A stretch of DNA of 64,000 nt from Eledone cirrhosa (GCA_964016885.1 OZ024746.1:39804001-39868000), one strand, 5' to 3'. Numbered from the stretch's first letter, positions 14,368 through 29,966 are shown. Notes: generated by a model not told the origin, from the letters alone. Translations and numbers: made by a program.

Positions 14368-15102
14368 TATATATATATATATGCGCACCCTACACACACA
14401 TGAAAACGCGCGCACACACACACACATACACATGTGTACTTACATATATATATACATACGTCACTGTTGGAATAATATTCAATGTTAACATTATATAAAA
14501 AAAAAAAAGGACGTACGAACCAAAATATACAAAAGAGCGGAGAACCCTGCTTAGTTGTTACAGAATAACATCGACGATCTATTTAAAAATAAGCAATATC
14601 AGTCGATAGAATACTTCATGGAAACAATGAGTTCCTGTGAAGAGCCTCATTCTCAAATTTTACTCATGGAAACCGATCCGTTGTTCCGATGTAAGATATT
14701 ACATTACTTTGATTCAAAGCAAATTGATTAGAACTGGTTAGGTGCATGTTTATTAGCTGGTTTTCCCCAAATATATCGTGAAATTGTTTCGTTTTTCTTT
14801 CTTTGTCTTTATGGATTTATTTTTTCATTGAAGCTAAATCTTCCTGTTCTGGGTGGCGTTCGTTTGCAAATGTAAAGTGTACGTTGGCATGGGAACGTTG
14901 CCATCAATTTAGGTTCACCAACATTTTCATACTTTCATACACGATCGAGCACAAATATACACACAAACATGTATATAAACAAGTACACATGTCTGTGTGT
15001 GTGTGGACACTCACGGACAGAATCACACGCATATATACATATATATATATATGTGTGTGTGTATATAGGTATGTAAACAATATATATTTATAGCTGTGTG
15101 TG

Positions 15103-15205
<103 letters not shown>

Positions 15206-15247
15206 ATAAGTATGTAAACAATATATATTTATAACTGTGTATTATAA

Positions 15248-16099
<852 letters not shown>

Positions 16100-16384
16100 G
16101 TATGCATATAATATATATTTATAACTGTGCTTACTAGTCGGAAACTGTATGTGATCCGGTCGAAGAGACTCTATCTGTAATTCAAAGGTTCAGCTTCGTC
16201 TCATATTTTTAATACTCAACCACCTCCATTTCACGAGATGCTCGTTTGATTTGAAGGTTTGATGGAACAACTGAATGTGCATCGTCGAAACCGACGGAAG
16301 ATTTATCATCATCATCATCATTATCATCATCAATATCCTCATCAACATCATCATCAGGATTTATATATGTTCGTATATATTTCT

Positions 16385-16710
16385 CGGGCGAATTGGCAGA
16401 ATCGTTATAACAACAAATATGATGCTTTGCGGTATTCGCTCCGGTTCTCTGTCCTCTGAGTTCGAAACCCACCGAGGTCCAGTTTACATTTCATTCTTTC
16501 GAGGTCGTTAGAAAAAATGCATGTCTAGTATTGGGGTCAATTCTTCCTCTATGTATCTTTCTTCCTTTCTTCCTCTTTCAATCCTACTCTGAAAGAAATC
16601 TACTGTATTCAGACGTGGAGAGGGATAGACGCTACTAGGCTTAAAATGCCCAAGAAATACTGAATCCGACTACGGTGCCGCTTACGAATCCAACAGAGGT
16701 CACATGACTA
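16385..16710 (+). mobile_element. Older tRNA-SINE with distinct tail (family S3); copies at 47857-48190 (-), 50150-50275 (-, tail only), 50525-50841 (+)
   Basis: S1-like head and core followed by a CT-rich linker and a shared tail containing cttaaaatgcccaagaaa. Confidence 0.7.
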
Positions 16711-17757
16711 AAACGCGATGGCACAACGATCTGACAAAATATGGCCAGAGATAGGAAACGGTAGGGATCAACTAGAGAAGAGTTCCTCCAGTTGGTATAT
16801 ATGTTTGACGTTTGCTTCGTAAACATGACGTTCCATGTTCGATCTCACTGCGTAAAATTGGGTAGACGTTAAAAAAATAATTTTGGAAATCTATTCAATG
16901 GACTATACCTATCTTGGACTCACTATATGATGCGCTGAATCTCTTACGTGCCTGTAAAGTACTCAACCACATAAGCGTTAATTAAACAAGTAGGTCGAAA
17001 CAGGCGTAAGTAAATATACAATTTGTTTTTATTCCATCTATTTAAATTTTGGTTTACTATCTTCTGATAATGAAAACCTTGTTTAAAATTATTTTTTTTT
17101 TTTTCCTTTTTGAATTACAACTTGTAAATAACTAAAACATAATAACTAAACTTTATTTTTGGATGTAACAATTGGTAATAAAAGTAGCTGATGTGTGCTG
17201 AATGAGTTCAAAAGTAAAAAAAAGAAGGTTGTTTCTATTTATCTCAGCGCTTTGAAAGTGTATCACTATTGAATTATAAGTAGGAAGTCATATAATTTAC
17301 TGACATCTGTCTTCTGTATTGAAATATACTTGAATATTGAGTGAGATAAGTTACATGGCATCTGTCGTTTGTATTCAAATATACTGTAATATTGAGTCAG
17401 ATGCGTTACTTGGTATCAGCTGTCACTATTCAACTTTGTGGAAATTTGCTCATGGGTAACGGAATATTTCCGCTAAAACATTGAATTTGTTTGATTGGTC
17501 AATTTCTCCCTATACAATTCTTAACGTAAATGGATAGATATATTTCTTTATTTACCATAAAGGCATAAAAAGAAGGGACAAATACAAAGGGGGAGTTTAC
17601 ATACAATCGAGTAAAAAGGGTATAAAATGAAAATAATCGAAAACAACCTCAAAAGGGAGGAGACGTGATGGGGGTTGCACACACCCCCGAAAAAGTGTAC
17701 AATCCTTTGCCCGGGGAGCACATGGAGAAGGTGCTCCCCTCTCCTTCACTTCTTTAC

Positions 17758-20700
17758 CTACAGGATGGTATACAGAGAAGGCCCATTTACACGAGCCATT
17801 CTCGCCACTATCACCCACCTTTCATAAAACTGCCTGTGGCCAAGCACCTCTCTCTCCATTCTTATCCTTCTTCCGAAGTGATATCGGAAGAAGTAGACCA
17901 GACTATGGCCAGAGAGGAAGTTGCCTGACCTCAGACCTTTCAATCGTGTCCACCAAACAACCTCTTTTAACATGGCTATTACGCACAGAAAAACCGCCTT
18001 TGCTTCCTTTGTGAAGAGGGGAGGCGGTTTGATTGTCATCGCGTACTCGGCGGTCAATTGAATCGGCGCCACCCGCGACAGCAGTCGTTCGGCGTAGCCC
18101 CACAGATCAGCCACGCCCGGATATTGCACCTATGCGTGCGCAACGGTTTCTTCGTGACGCACGCATCTAGGGCAAATTCGAGGGATCCCTGCCCGGGCGC
18201 CCGTGTCTGTAGAGCCTCTCTCGAACGGGTAGAGCCCCCCGGTAGCACTGCCAGGCTAGTGACTTCTGGAAGTTGTCCATTGGTCCCGGGCCGAAAGTCC
18301 TACCGAACAGGCTGGCCAGTTCGTCCTCTTCCATGTCCAGCGACTCTCCAAGGGTGTCATCGCCCCTGCTAGCCACCAGCCCTCTATAGAATGATGAGGT
18401 GGATTCTCCACCGATGGCCTGGCCCGCTTGCCAGAGAGCCCTGAGCGCCTGAGCACACTCAGTGTGCCAGTCTCCCAGTTTTCCGGATCTTTGCTTGACC
18501 CAGGACTGTAGCTCGGTGAGCGAGGTGAGTCTCGGTAAGGCTCGTTTCACGAACGGAGCCCACACCGGTTGACCAGTGAGGAATACCTGTAGGTGCCGTA
18601 GCCTTAATGCGTGCTTACGCATCATCAACCACAGCATCCCCAGCCCTCCTTTCGAAGGTTGTTGGCAGCAGATGGATCTTCTCACCATAGGAGGGCGCTT
18701 CTTCCAAAGAAATTGGAAGAGCATGCGTTCCATGGTGGTGAGTGTTTCCTTAGGGCAAGGCACGACAGTCAGGCGGTAGTAAGTGACGGACGCTATGTAA
18801 ATGTTCGCCACCTCCGCCCGGCCTTTTAGGGACAGCTTACACTTGGCCCATTTCTGGGTTAGTGCAAACACCTTGTTCGTAACTTCGCCCAGTTCTTTTC
18901 CACCTGGAGGTCCGGTCCAAACCAGACCCCAAGCAATTTTACCGGGCCCTCCGTCCAGTGTCCGACGACACCGTCGGGAGGCATCGGTCTGCCTCTCCAC
19001 GTTCCGAGTTGCAGCCCGATGGATTTTTCCCGGTTCAGTTTCGCTCCTGACAACCTTTCGTAATCCTCCAGTAAGGTACCGATCGCCTCGATCTCCGAGT
19101 CGGTCGATACCATTACTGTTACGTCATCGGCGTAGGCCGACACCGCTTTGCTCAATCCTGGTTCCAGGGGGATACCCTGCAACAACTCTAACTTCCTCAG
19201 TAAAGGCTCGAGAGTCAATACGTACAGAAGGGAGGAGAGAGGGCACCCCTGTCGAATGGATCGTGTGATTTCGAACGGCTTCGAAAGGTAGCCGCTCACC
19301 TTGATCCTAGAACAGATGTGGTTGCTATGTAAGGCAGTGATCCAGCCTCTGAAAACAGGACCGAACCTAGCCGCCGCTAGCACCGCATCCAGGTAACCAT
19401 GGTCGACCCTATCGAAGGCCTTAGACTGATCCAAGTTGATCAGGGCCCCACCGAAGCCGGGTTTGTTGCCAACCCTCTCTATGATGTATCGCATGAGGTG
19501 GAGGTTATCGTGAATGGACCTGGATGGGATAGCACATGTCTGCGCATCTCCCACCAGGCTAACCACGACAAGCGCCAACCTCTTTGCTAACACCTTGGCC
19601 AAAATCTTTAACTCTGTGTTTAGCAGGGTTATGGGCCGAAAATTATTTATACTATCCCCCTTGTTCTCGTCCTTCCTCACCAGCGAGACTACGCCCTTGG
19701 CTACAGAACAAGGAATTCTCCCGTTCTGCTGCCAATTGCAGTAGACCGCTTCGAGGAGTTCGGAGAAGAAGACCGGCATTGCTAAATAAAGTTCGTAAGG
19801 TATACCATCGAGACCTGGAGATTTGCGTCTGCTGCATTGGCTCAGCACATCTCCGATCTCATCAGCCGGGATTGGTCCCTCGCAGGACTCTGCCTCTTCG
19901 CTCGAGAGACGTGGTAGGCCGTCGAGGTATGGACCGAAATCCACGTCCCCGCCCGGACCCTCGCCTCCCCCGAATAATCGGGCAAAGTGCCTTTGAAAGG
20001 CCTCGCACATCTGCTTAGGCTCCCGGATCACCCGTCCATCCTCGTCTTGCAACGACCGGATGGTGGATCGATTTCCACTCTTAGCTTCTGTCACGCGGGC
20101 CCAGCCAACGGCTTTGGCCCCCTCATTACCTAGAGCACGTATTTTACTTCGAATGACGCAGCCTTCGTGCTTTGCATCGAAAAACTGGTTCAAGGCCGTC
20201 CTCGATGCCAGCACTCTGGCCACATCTTCGCTCTTGATTGCCTCTTCTAATTTGCCTGTTAATTCTTTCTCGTTTCTATTCCTATCGGCAGCTAACATCT
20301 TGCTATAACTTATTGATTCTGTTCTAATCTCTCTTTTGAGAGATGCCCACCATCGGTTGTTAACGATTGCACCCGTCAACCTCTCCTTAACTAATCTGCT
20401 AATCCGGTTTCTGTAAGTCTCTTTTGCCGGTAAAGCCAAATTAAGTTTCCAGTAACCGGGACCCTGTTTATGTGTTTTCTCGAGATTGACTACGCAGGTC
20501 ACTAATTTGTGATCCGTATAGCCAACCGTGCGCATTTCTGGACAGCTTAATATGTCCCTATCCTTACTTCTAACTAAGAATCTATCTAAGTACGATCTAG
20601 ATTGACCACTGTGGTTTCTCCAAGTTCAGGTAGGCACAGTTGGAAAATCTAGTCGATATCTATCGACCAAGTTAAAACGGTCGAGTAACCCCTTGAGGCT

Positions 20701-21189
20701 GTTACACCCCCCTCTATTAGGACATGCTCCTGCATAGTCCCAACGTGCATCTAGGATGTCATTCCAATCCCCCGCTAGAAGCAGGGAACGCGACATTCCC
20801 AGAAAAGTCTCCAAACGCTGGAAGAAGTCGGGCCGTTCAGCTCCGAAAGGTGAGTAGACGGCGACCAGTCTCAAGGCCGCACCTTCACTACTGCCAACGT
20901 CTACCACCAACAAACGACCCTCCGGGTTCGAGTGAACAACCTGTACGGCAAGACCCAGGTGTTTTTGCAGCAGTACGACAACCCCACCCCCACCTCCAGG
21001 TTGACAGAGAGATGCATGCACCTCAAAGTCATCGAAGGTAGGGACCAGCTGCCGCACGACGCTGATCCGAGTCTCACAGATAACCATTACATTTATACCA
21101 CATGACCTGAGGTCATTTAGAAGCTTTGCTTGCTTCCAAGTTGAGCCCAGGCCACGTGCATTCAAACATCCTACTCTTAACACATCCAT
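17758..21189 (-). pseudogene. Tx1 ORF2 (AP endonuclease plus reverse transcriptase), disrupted by stops and frameshifts
   Basis: GCLNARGL, AGDWN, TDHK, GPGYWKLN, SPGLDG, FRPITLLN, DQSKAFDRV, RQGCPLS, AYADD, GGLG, split over four ORFs. Confidence 0.93.
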
Positions 21190-21222
21190 GTGGGCGGCAG
21201 AGCCAAAGGAGAGTGTAGAGAC

Positions 21223-23139
21223 CTACCTTTCTGCTTCCCGGGGTTCGGGTCGCACGACTTCCATGGGGTCGGGGGTGTTGGGTGAAGAGGTGTCTTGTGG
21301 TGGTGTGGGGTCGTCAGTGTGTGGTGGGGTTGGGGTGTTTGGAGTTGTGTTGGGGAGGGGAAGGGGAGGGGGAAAGCTTTTTAGTAGGACGCGGTTTATG
21401 GGTTTGACAGAGGGTGGTCCTACGTCCTCCTTAAAATCCTTTTTTAGTTTTTGGTAGAGGTTCATTGGGATTTTTATTAATTTTAAATGTGGGTAGTTTT
21501 CTGAAGAAACAAAGTTTACACCTTCGGTTTGTACCGAAGGATTATTGTTTATGAGTTCATTTAATTTATTATTGTTTCTGTTGATGTAAGTATAGTGTAA
21601 TGTCTTTTTTTCGGATGGTGTGAGTGTTTCGAAGAGGGGAGGGGCAGGTTTGGTTTTGTTTGTTGCTGGAGGGGTGTTTTCTGTTTTGTTGGATTGTGTT
21701 GACATTTGGGTGGGGGTTGTTTGGCCTTGTGTGTTTTGAACATGATTTCTTTTTTTCCTTTTAATCTGTCTGAAGGACTCCGTTTCTTCCTCCGAATTCG
21801 TTGGGTTATCTTCAGTGTTAGAGGGAAGAGGTATGTTTGCTGGTAATGTTTCCGTGTTGGTTTTCTTTGTGGGGGAGATGGATGTCACTATGTTAGACTG
21901 TGTTGTGTGTTGTGGCTGCGGTGGTTGTGTTGTTTTATTGAGTGAGGGGTTGGGTGGGCCTGTATTCTGTTTTGGGGTAATGTGTTGTGACTGTTTGTGT
22001 TGTGGTGGTGGTGTAGTTTTACTGAGGGACGGGTTGGGTGGGACTGAGTTTTGTTGTTTGTTTATCTGTTGTGGTGGTGGTGGTGGTGGAGCTGGTGTTG
22101 GTAGCAGGGTTTTCTTTTTGTTGAGTTGGGGACAAGCGGCCTTCAGGTGCCCTCTGCCTGCACAGATATGACAGGACGGCCTTCTCCCCTCCACGCTAAT
22201 GTTTATATACCCGTGGCCCTCTAATAGGATTCTGTCGGGTATTTGGGCGATGCGTTCAGGCTTCATTTGCACTACAAGCTCTATACCTGTTCCACTGAAC
22301 GCATTGCCTGTGGTTTTCCCAATGGAAATCACGTTGTCATTCACTGGATCGATGAAGCCAGCTATGAGCCAGCAGTAGTCCACATCTGGCATCATTGCAT
22401 CCAGCCATATGCGTTGAGTTCTTTTACCCATTTAAGATGGATAAAAGGTAAAAATTTTCGAACGAATCGGTGACAAAGCACATTTTTTTGCCGCCGATTC
22501 GTTCTTCATAATAATCGCTAGGCTTCCATATAGTCTGTCTTTTCTTATGAAAGTGGTTTCATTTAGTACTTCTGTGAGTACTGTTTTGATTTCTGCTTGA
22601 GTTGGATGTTCAGGTTTTTTAGAAGTGTTGTTGATGGTGCGGAAAACGAGCGTTCGACTTTCAATGTCTTTGGTGAGTTCTTGAGGCATTTTTACCGATA
22701 AAATACCATTCTCTCCTTAAGTTATATATTGTTTGGCGTCTGCAATTCTTTGTGCCACATCTGAAATATTTTCAGGTATATATGTCAAAGATTTCTTTGT
22801 TGTTTGTGCAATTGAAATCTTGTTGGTGTTGACTTTGTCGTCTGCTTTGCTTTCTGTTATGATGTTGTTTTCAAATGTTATTTTTGTGTTTGTTGTGTCT
22901 TTGTTTGTGGTATTAATATTGTCATGCAGTTTTCAAATTTTTTTTTTTTCGTTGTTGGAATCCATGTCCAGATTTGTGTTTTCGTCATTTTTCTCCGCAG
23001 ATTCGTCTGTTTTTATTTTATTTTTTCCTTCCTTCTCTATGACGTTAGTTGGGAAGGAAGGGGGGGGGACTAAAGCGTGCGAGCTTACAACTCTTACCGC
23101 TGTCCCCCCACCACCATTTTCGTTAGCTTCGTTTAACAT
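21223..23139 (-). pseudogene. Tx1 ORF1 (gag-like), fragmented
   Basis: CHICAGRGHLKAAC zinc knuckle, Pro/Thr-rich tail; ORFs 22933-23139, 22432-22689, 21223-22431. Confidence 0.8.
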
Positions 23140-23381
23140 TTCTGTCAGACGATTGAAATTTTTTTATGCCACAAAATTTTTAAAAACAGGTTTTTCACCC
23201 CTAGGAGGGGTAAAGATGAGCTGACCCACCGCCTGACAGTTCAGACGGGTGGTCAAGCTACACAATAGTATCAAAATTAAAATTGAACTTACAAAATTTC
23301 CGCAATAAATTTGAACAAACTTCTGCGCGAAGTGAATTACATCTACGCTGTAGAACAGACGACAGCTAGATTAAGTAAATG

Positions 23382-23481
<100 letters not shown>

Positions 23482-23750
23482 TGTTTCTTTTATTTGCCAC
23501 CAGGGCATCAAAAGTGGGACAAGTACAATGGGGGGAGTTTACAAAACAAGGCGTCCTCAATAAGGAGGAGGCAATAAGAAAATATAAAAATAAAATAAAA
23601 TATAACAGAATAAAATATATAACAAAATCCTCAATAGAGAGGAGGCGCCTTGGGGGTCGCACACACCCCCGAAAAAAGTGTGCAACCCTTTTCCTCAGGA
23701 GCACAGAGAAGGGGTGCTCCCTTGGTCTTCCATCTTTCTCACCTATAGTC
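23482..23750 (-). mobile_element. Truncated 3' end of a related Tx1 subfamily within (GATA)n
   Basis: Aligns by eye to 17541-17760 (gggggagtttac, cacacccccgaaaaa); GATA repeats on both sides. Confidence 0.85.
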
Positions 23751-24121
23751 TGATAGATAGATAGATGGATGGAGGAACAGGCGAGGAAGATATCTTTTCC
23801 CTTTGCTTTCGGCCTTTAACCATCGATTTAACTGAAAGTGGGTCAATACTTCGTCAACCGTGCGGGGGGAGGGGTATCATGGCGAGTGTTTCAATAACTC
23901 ACAGTATAACTCCTGCTTGACCAGCATGTCAGTGAAAAGTAATAATCTTGCAATTCAATGGATATCAAAGTCATGTATAATAGTAATGCTATACTCAATG
24001 GTTTCAGTGCAAACTTCAGATACCTGTGGAAATGCTTTACAGCATCTTAGCCGGAGTATTAAAGACACAAATTCAAAGCTTGCTGAAATCTGTCATGCGG
24101 TTAAAATCAATATCCATTATA

Positions 24122-24312
24122 GGGCGGTGAATTGGCAGTATCGGTAGAGGGTCGGACGCCATGGTTTGCAGCTTAGAGTTACGGCCCTTTATGGTCTGAG
24201 TTCAAATCCCGTCGAGGTTAACTTTGCCTTTCATCCTTACGGGGTCGATAAAATAAAGTACCAGTAATGAACTGGGTAATTTCTGGCCTTGTGCCAAAAG
24301 TAGAAACAATTA
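24122..24312 (+). mobile_element. Full-length S1 SINE
   Basis: Head, core and tail match the other copies. Confidence 0.9.
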
Positions 24313-24881
24313 TATATAATGGCTTCACATCATTACTTCTTAGCTAATATGACTATAAAATATTTACATTATAAGACATACAGTGGTAATTTATATCGTT
24401 AATCATATATTGTTAATTTTCCTAGCTAATGTGCAATAAATAATATTACCCTGGATTTTTTTATGCTATACAAAACCGTACTAATTGTTTTATTGCTAAA
24501 TCTTGTACCATAATGTTGTTTTAACCTGTTTCAACAAACCGTTTGTATGCATATTATTTTCTCATATTAAATAATAGTATAGAATAATTTTTAGTGAATT
24601 GATCACATTTTTGAGAAGGGCCCTAATGTCTTTTAAACCATATTCTGTAAACAAACCAATTGTGTCTTTTAGGTGTTATATATTTTCAATTTTGAAGGGG
24701 ATTTACTAGAACGTTACAACAAAAACAAAAACGAATGTCAGATTTTATATCCAAATCAATCACAGCTGAACATGTTTGCCAAATAGAGAAACAAAACATT
24801 CCTCCTGATGAGAAACGAAAAGGAAAATAAACGTATAGTCAATGAAAATGAATGTGTACACACACGCACACACACACACAC

Positions 24882-24919
<38 letters not shown>

Positions 24920-24921
24920 TG

Positions 24922-25018
<97 letters not shown>

Positions 25019-25785
25019 ACGTATGTATATAGAGAGTGAGAGACATACATACATACATAATTCTTATGCGTCGTTAATGAAAAATAATTATATACATATG
25101 TCTGTTTATTTGCATATATCCACGAATATAATGAATAATTTATAAATTTCAAGATGGCGCCAACATAACAACTTTTCGTCAGATGGCAGACAACCCTTTT
25201 TCGCCAATTTGCGTGAATTTTGAACGAACGAAAATTCATTTTAGTATTCTACATTATGACGTGGAGAAAAGAAAAATAGTAAACTGTTTAAGTAACTTAG
25301 ACTTTAAAGAGGAATGATCTTTCACCTTTGAATAATAATTTCTTCCCTTAGCTCTCTATATCAATACAATAGGTCTCTTTAACATCACAGTCTCTCTACC
25401 AATAGTTACTAAAATAAAATAAAGAGAGAAGTAAAAATAAAAAACACCCCACATAATTCGTAATATTGGCTTTTTATCAGTTTCTGTTCAGTCTATATCA
25501 TTCCAAACGTTATTTGCATACTTGTTGCCAATTTGGAAGAATTCTTTTTTGCTTTATATGTGACTGTTGACATGCGCGTCTAGAGAACACACAGAAATAG
25601 AATCTCTAAACCTACAGTACGATGTTTGCACAGTTGTTTTCTATCCTAAAGGACATCTTAAATATTCCCTAAGGGCTTGCTTTAAAATTAGTTCAAAAAC
25701 AATACTGGCACACTGACAGACTTCCGTTTTAAACACTTGTAAATGTTCCACATCACAGTAGAAATTTGTGACTCTTAGATTTGAG

Positions 25786-25898
<113 letters not shown>

Positions 25899-25969
25899 AT
25901 GTATATATATATACACATACATACACATATATATGTATATATATACATATGCGTATGCAGTTTACATGA

Positions 25970-26003
<34 letters not shown>

Positions 26004-26389
26004 GTATACATGTATGTACATGTGTATGTATGTATACATGTATGTACATGTATATGTAAGTATGCATGTATAAATATATATATATATATGGAGAGTATTC
26101 TTTTGTATTATTTACATGTCATGATATTTTCCAGTCTCATACTACCTTTTACTAGCAGAATAATTTACTTTCTTTTCTCGAGTTAAAACTTATTACATAT
26201 TGGTAAAACATAGGTTAAGGTCCGAATCCATTCCAGGCTTAATACTTTTTATTGTTGCTAGGAAATGGTTTTTACCCCGATATATCATCAATTTAGAATA
26301 ATTCTTTCTTTCTTTGGTGGTTTCAAACTTATCAAGCAAAACTTCAACATTTTAAATGAATTTCACCAGGAAATCCCTCTCTCCTTCTG

Positions 26390-26424
<35 letters not shown>

Positions 26425-26426
<2 letters not shown>

Positions 26427-26594
26427 AACAGGTCTTGTTCAAGACCCCGACGGCAGAGCTCAAGCTGTTTCGAAACGGCTTGAGCTCTGCCGACGGGGTC
26501 TTGAACAATTTCCTATTACCCACTCTACTACCCTAAGTATTGAGTACTCTGGTGCGTTATGGTCCAATTGGTTCCTTACCACACTTCCTTCGTT
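26425..26594 (+). mobile_element. Family B island: hairpin of HHR 3' half plus ~80-bp tail
   Basis: Arms 26435-26471 and 26472-26508 centred on tttcgaaa; tail matches the reverse complement of 48758-48838. Confidence 0.85.
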
Positions 26595-26609
26595 ATATAT
26601 ATATATATA

Positions 26610-26719
26610 GGAACGAGTAGGACCCCGACGGCTGAGCTCAAGCCGTTTCGACGGCTAATACTGGACAGTATTAGCCGTCGAAACGGCTTGAGCTCAGCCG
26701 TCGGGGTCCTACTCGTTCC
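26610..26719. mobile_element. Family B perfect palindrome (54-bp arms, 2-nt spacer)
   Basis: Each arm carries GAAAC ggcttgagctcagcc GTC ggggtcc; (TA)n flanks. Confidence 0.9.
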
Positions 26720-27222
26720 TATATATATATATATATATACACACATATTTTCATATTTATATACATATTCACTCATACATACATGCAATACATACATACG
26801 TACATATATATATATGTATGCATGCATGCATACATGTATTACTTGTGATGCACTTTAGAGCAAATACATATATATATATATTGGTGCACTTACTGCATAA
26901 AATAGAGTGCGCTTAAACAGAGGATCTATTTAGCTTATAAATATATCTAATTTAAACTGCAGGAATATATTTAGTGAACGAAGCATAGTTATCCAGACTT
27001 TAAATTTAAAATTTCAGTTTATATTTTTTATACTTTCTGACAACCTAATTTCACTTACATGGCTTGTTTCTAACAGAGGAAATGTTAAAGACACTTGCTT
27101 AATGTGGCACATCGTGGGATCGAACCTGATACGACTATACATTTATATATATATACACATACTCACACACTCACACATACACATACGCACAGACACATAT
27201 ACATTTATATATGTATATATAA

Positions 27223-27264
<42 letters not shown>

Positions 27265-27276
27265 TTAATATAGAAG

Positions 27277-27327
27277 AGATTCTACAGGACTAGAACTGTT
27301 TCATTCATTAGAAATCATCAGGAATCT
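27277..27327 (-). ncRNA. Type I hammerhead ribozyme (family F; island 27262-27441)
   Basis: Minus strand agattc-CTGATGA-t ttc taat gaa t-GAAAC ag ttctagtc ct GTA-gaatct. Confidence 0.82.
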
Positions 27328-27438
27328 GGGTATCAAAAAATAAATATGGTATTTATAGGTCTCTACAAGTGGTAGGAGAGGGTGGGGAGTGGGATGGGTG
27401 CAGGTCATTGGTTGATAGAGAAGGGAATTCATTAAAGG

Positions 27439-27510
<72 letters not shown>

Positions 27511-27597
27511 TTGGATTTTAGTCTTCACATTTATTATTATTACTATATATATATAAGAATTGAAAGGGACAAGGTGCTGTGTGGTTACTAATAAAGA

Positions 27598-27661
<64 letters not shown>

Positions 27662-27669
<8 letters not shown>

Positions 27670-27952
27670 TTAGAAATTATAAGCTTTCACCGTATTTTAG
27701 ACTAAAGAAATTTCTAGCCTGATAGTGGGGTTTATAACCCTCGGAGAAATGGAAAAAGATGAGTGTTGCCGTACATGGGAGCATGTACGGCAACACTCAT
27801 CTTTTTCCATTTCTCCGAGGGTTATAAACCCCACTATCAGGCTAGAAATTTCTTTAGTCTAAAATACGGTGAAAGCTTATAATTTCTAATTTCTAATTTC
27901 AAACTCGCGCAACGTTTCAAAAACATACTTACATGTTTACGTTTATAATTTG

Positions 27953-27955
<3 letters not shown>
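27662..27955 (+). mobile_element. Family G island: perfect 116-bp-arm palindrome plus ~57-bp tail
   Basis: 27662-27777 is the reverse complement of 27782-27897; arm contains ctaGAAAtttctttaGTC. Confidence 0.88.
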
Positions 27956-28015
<60 letters not shown>

Positions 28016-29808
28016 TATATTTGCCCGCCCAAGGTCTACTTATGCGGTAGAAAAGCCCTGTTCTTAAACTATGCATCTGTTCTTGAGTTATTTTTTATTA
28101 TTATTATTTTCAAGATACTAAGTTCAAATGTGGTCAATTGTTATTTTGTAATATAACAGATGTGAAGTATTTTGCTGTCGGTTTAGTTTTCTTGTTTTGT
28201 TTTAAGTATCTTGCATCCATTTTGATAAGACATTCATGTTTCCGGTGTCTTTTGTTACTGGTGCAACTCATAGAATATAATAAACATTGCCCGAAGAGAA
28301 GAACCCTACGACTGATTCTTTTGTTTATTTATTAATCTGCTGTTATAATATGTCTGCTATATTTGTTTGCCTTCAGCTGGTCGATTGTAACTATCATAAA
28401 TTATAAGGTTCTGTATAAGTATAGATATTTATGTATCACCCCCAAAAAGACTATTATCTCTTGGTGCCGCAGAACAGAAGAAATCTCCACAGGTCCTAGT
28501 GTACTGTTGTTAAGACTTTTAACAACGTGTACAACGGCGATGATAGTGATGGAATAAAGAAAACTGTCGGCCGTTTGATTGGTGACTTGGTACTTTATAA
28601 ACGTGATAAGGTGTGCTTTCTCCCTATATGTACATCCTGGGTTCGATCACACTGCATCGCATATTGGGAAGGTGTCATTTACCAAGCCTTGTAAGGTAAA
28701 TTGGGTAGACGGAAACTGTTTAGACAGTGCCCGGGGTCAAAAGGCCAACCTTGTCGCGTACTGCGTCACGCTGAATCTCTATGATAACAACGTTCAGAGT
28801 GCACGTGTATGTGGAATGCTCAGTCACTTATGCGTAATTTCACGAGCAAGATATTCTATTGATCAAACAACTGGAATACTCCTCGTTAAAAAGGACGGAG
28901 ATCCATTCCAATCACTCCAGCATCTTTTCATGGAAAACAATGGTCAGTAGTGAGTCGTGAAATAATACACAACATAACTACATTCATGTCAAGAGCGGAT
29001 GAAGGAGAGACAGAGAAGTGTGAAATGACAGCTTGTTTTTGAAATTTGTGGACGAGATAAAAACTAGAAGTTAGTATCTAAAAGAACAGGTTAATTAAAA
29101 GATAGATATAAACATAGAGATAGAAAGATAGTGAAGGTGTATGAGCTAAGGAATGTGGAGTTTCCCATGATAGTCAGTATACCCTGTCATATAACAGATG
29201 ACAACAACAAAGTAATTTCCATGTTTAGGAAATCACATTAGGAAGTAATAAAAAGAATTTCAAGGATTTTATTTTTTTTTGTTTTATTTTGTTTTGTTTT
29301 TTGTTGCTTATGTGCTGTTTTGTTTTTGGTTTTGGTTTTGTTTTTTGACGAAAGATGAGACGAAGTTTTGTCAAGGTTTAGCGGACATGTTGGGGAGTCA
29401 GCCGGATATCTCGTCTTCGTTACAGTCGAATGTAAAACCAATCAATTTTGACCCCAACGAGCTTCTGTGATGCCAACTGGCTAGATAGACTTATAATGAC
29501 TTAGGTATTAAGTTACTTCACCAAATATGGCAGCTTTCACTTGCTGTTTTACCGACTAACCCTATCAAGATACAACATTATTTCCCGGTGTATAGAATTG
29601 ATGGTGATATTGGGAATGGGGAATTATATTTGGTGTTTTAGTGTTGATATTGATGCTACTTGTAGTTGTGGTGAGGGGGAAGCTTTTATCAATACTTTAG
29701 CGGTGATCGTTGTTTTTATTCTTAATTGTTGTTACTGGTGTTTTGTTGTGGTTGTTATAGCCGTTGCTGTTATTGCAACTGACTTTGCTATTGAATGACG
29801 TGAATAAC

Positions 29809-29966
<158 letters not shown>

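Larger units (their letters stand above)
17541..23374 (-). mobile_element. Near full-length Tx1-clade LINE
   Basis: ORF1 with CCHC knuckle, ORF2 APE plus RT, flanking duplication gtaaatggatagata at 17526-17540 and 23375-23389. Confidence 0.92.

Noticed and set aside
16209-16472. Asp-rich or His-rich ORFs
   Set aside because: Produced by a (CAT)n repeat plus a SINE.
24800-24825. CTGATGAGAAAC
   Set aside because: No flanking helices.
26610-26719. Palindromes as MITEs or CRISPR-like repeats
   Set aside because: Centres vary between copies, most copies have an asymmetric tail, and there is no repeat-spacer periodicity. A retroelement origin fits better.
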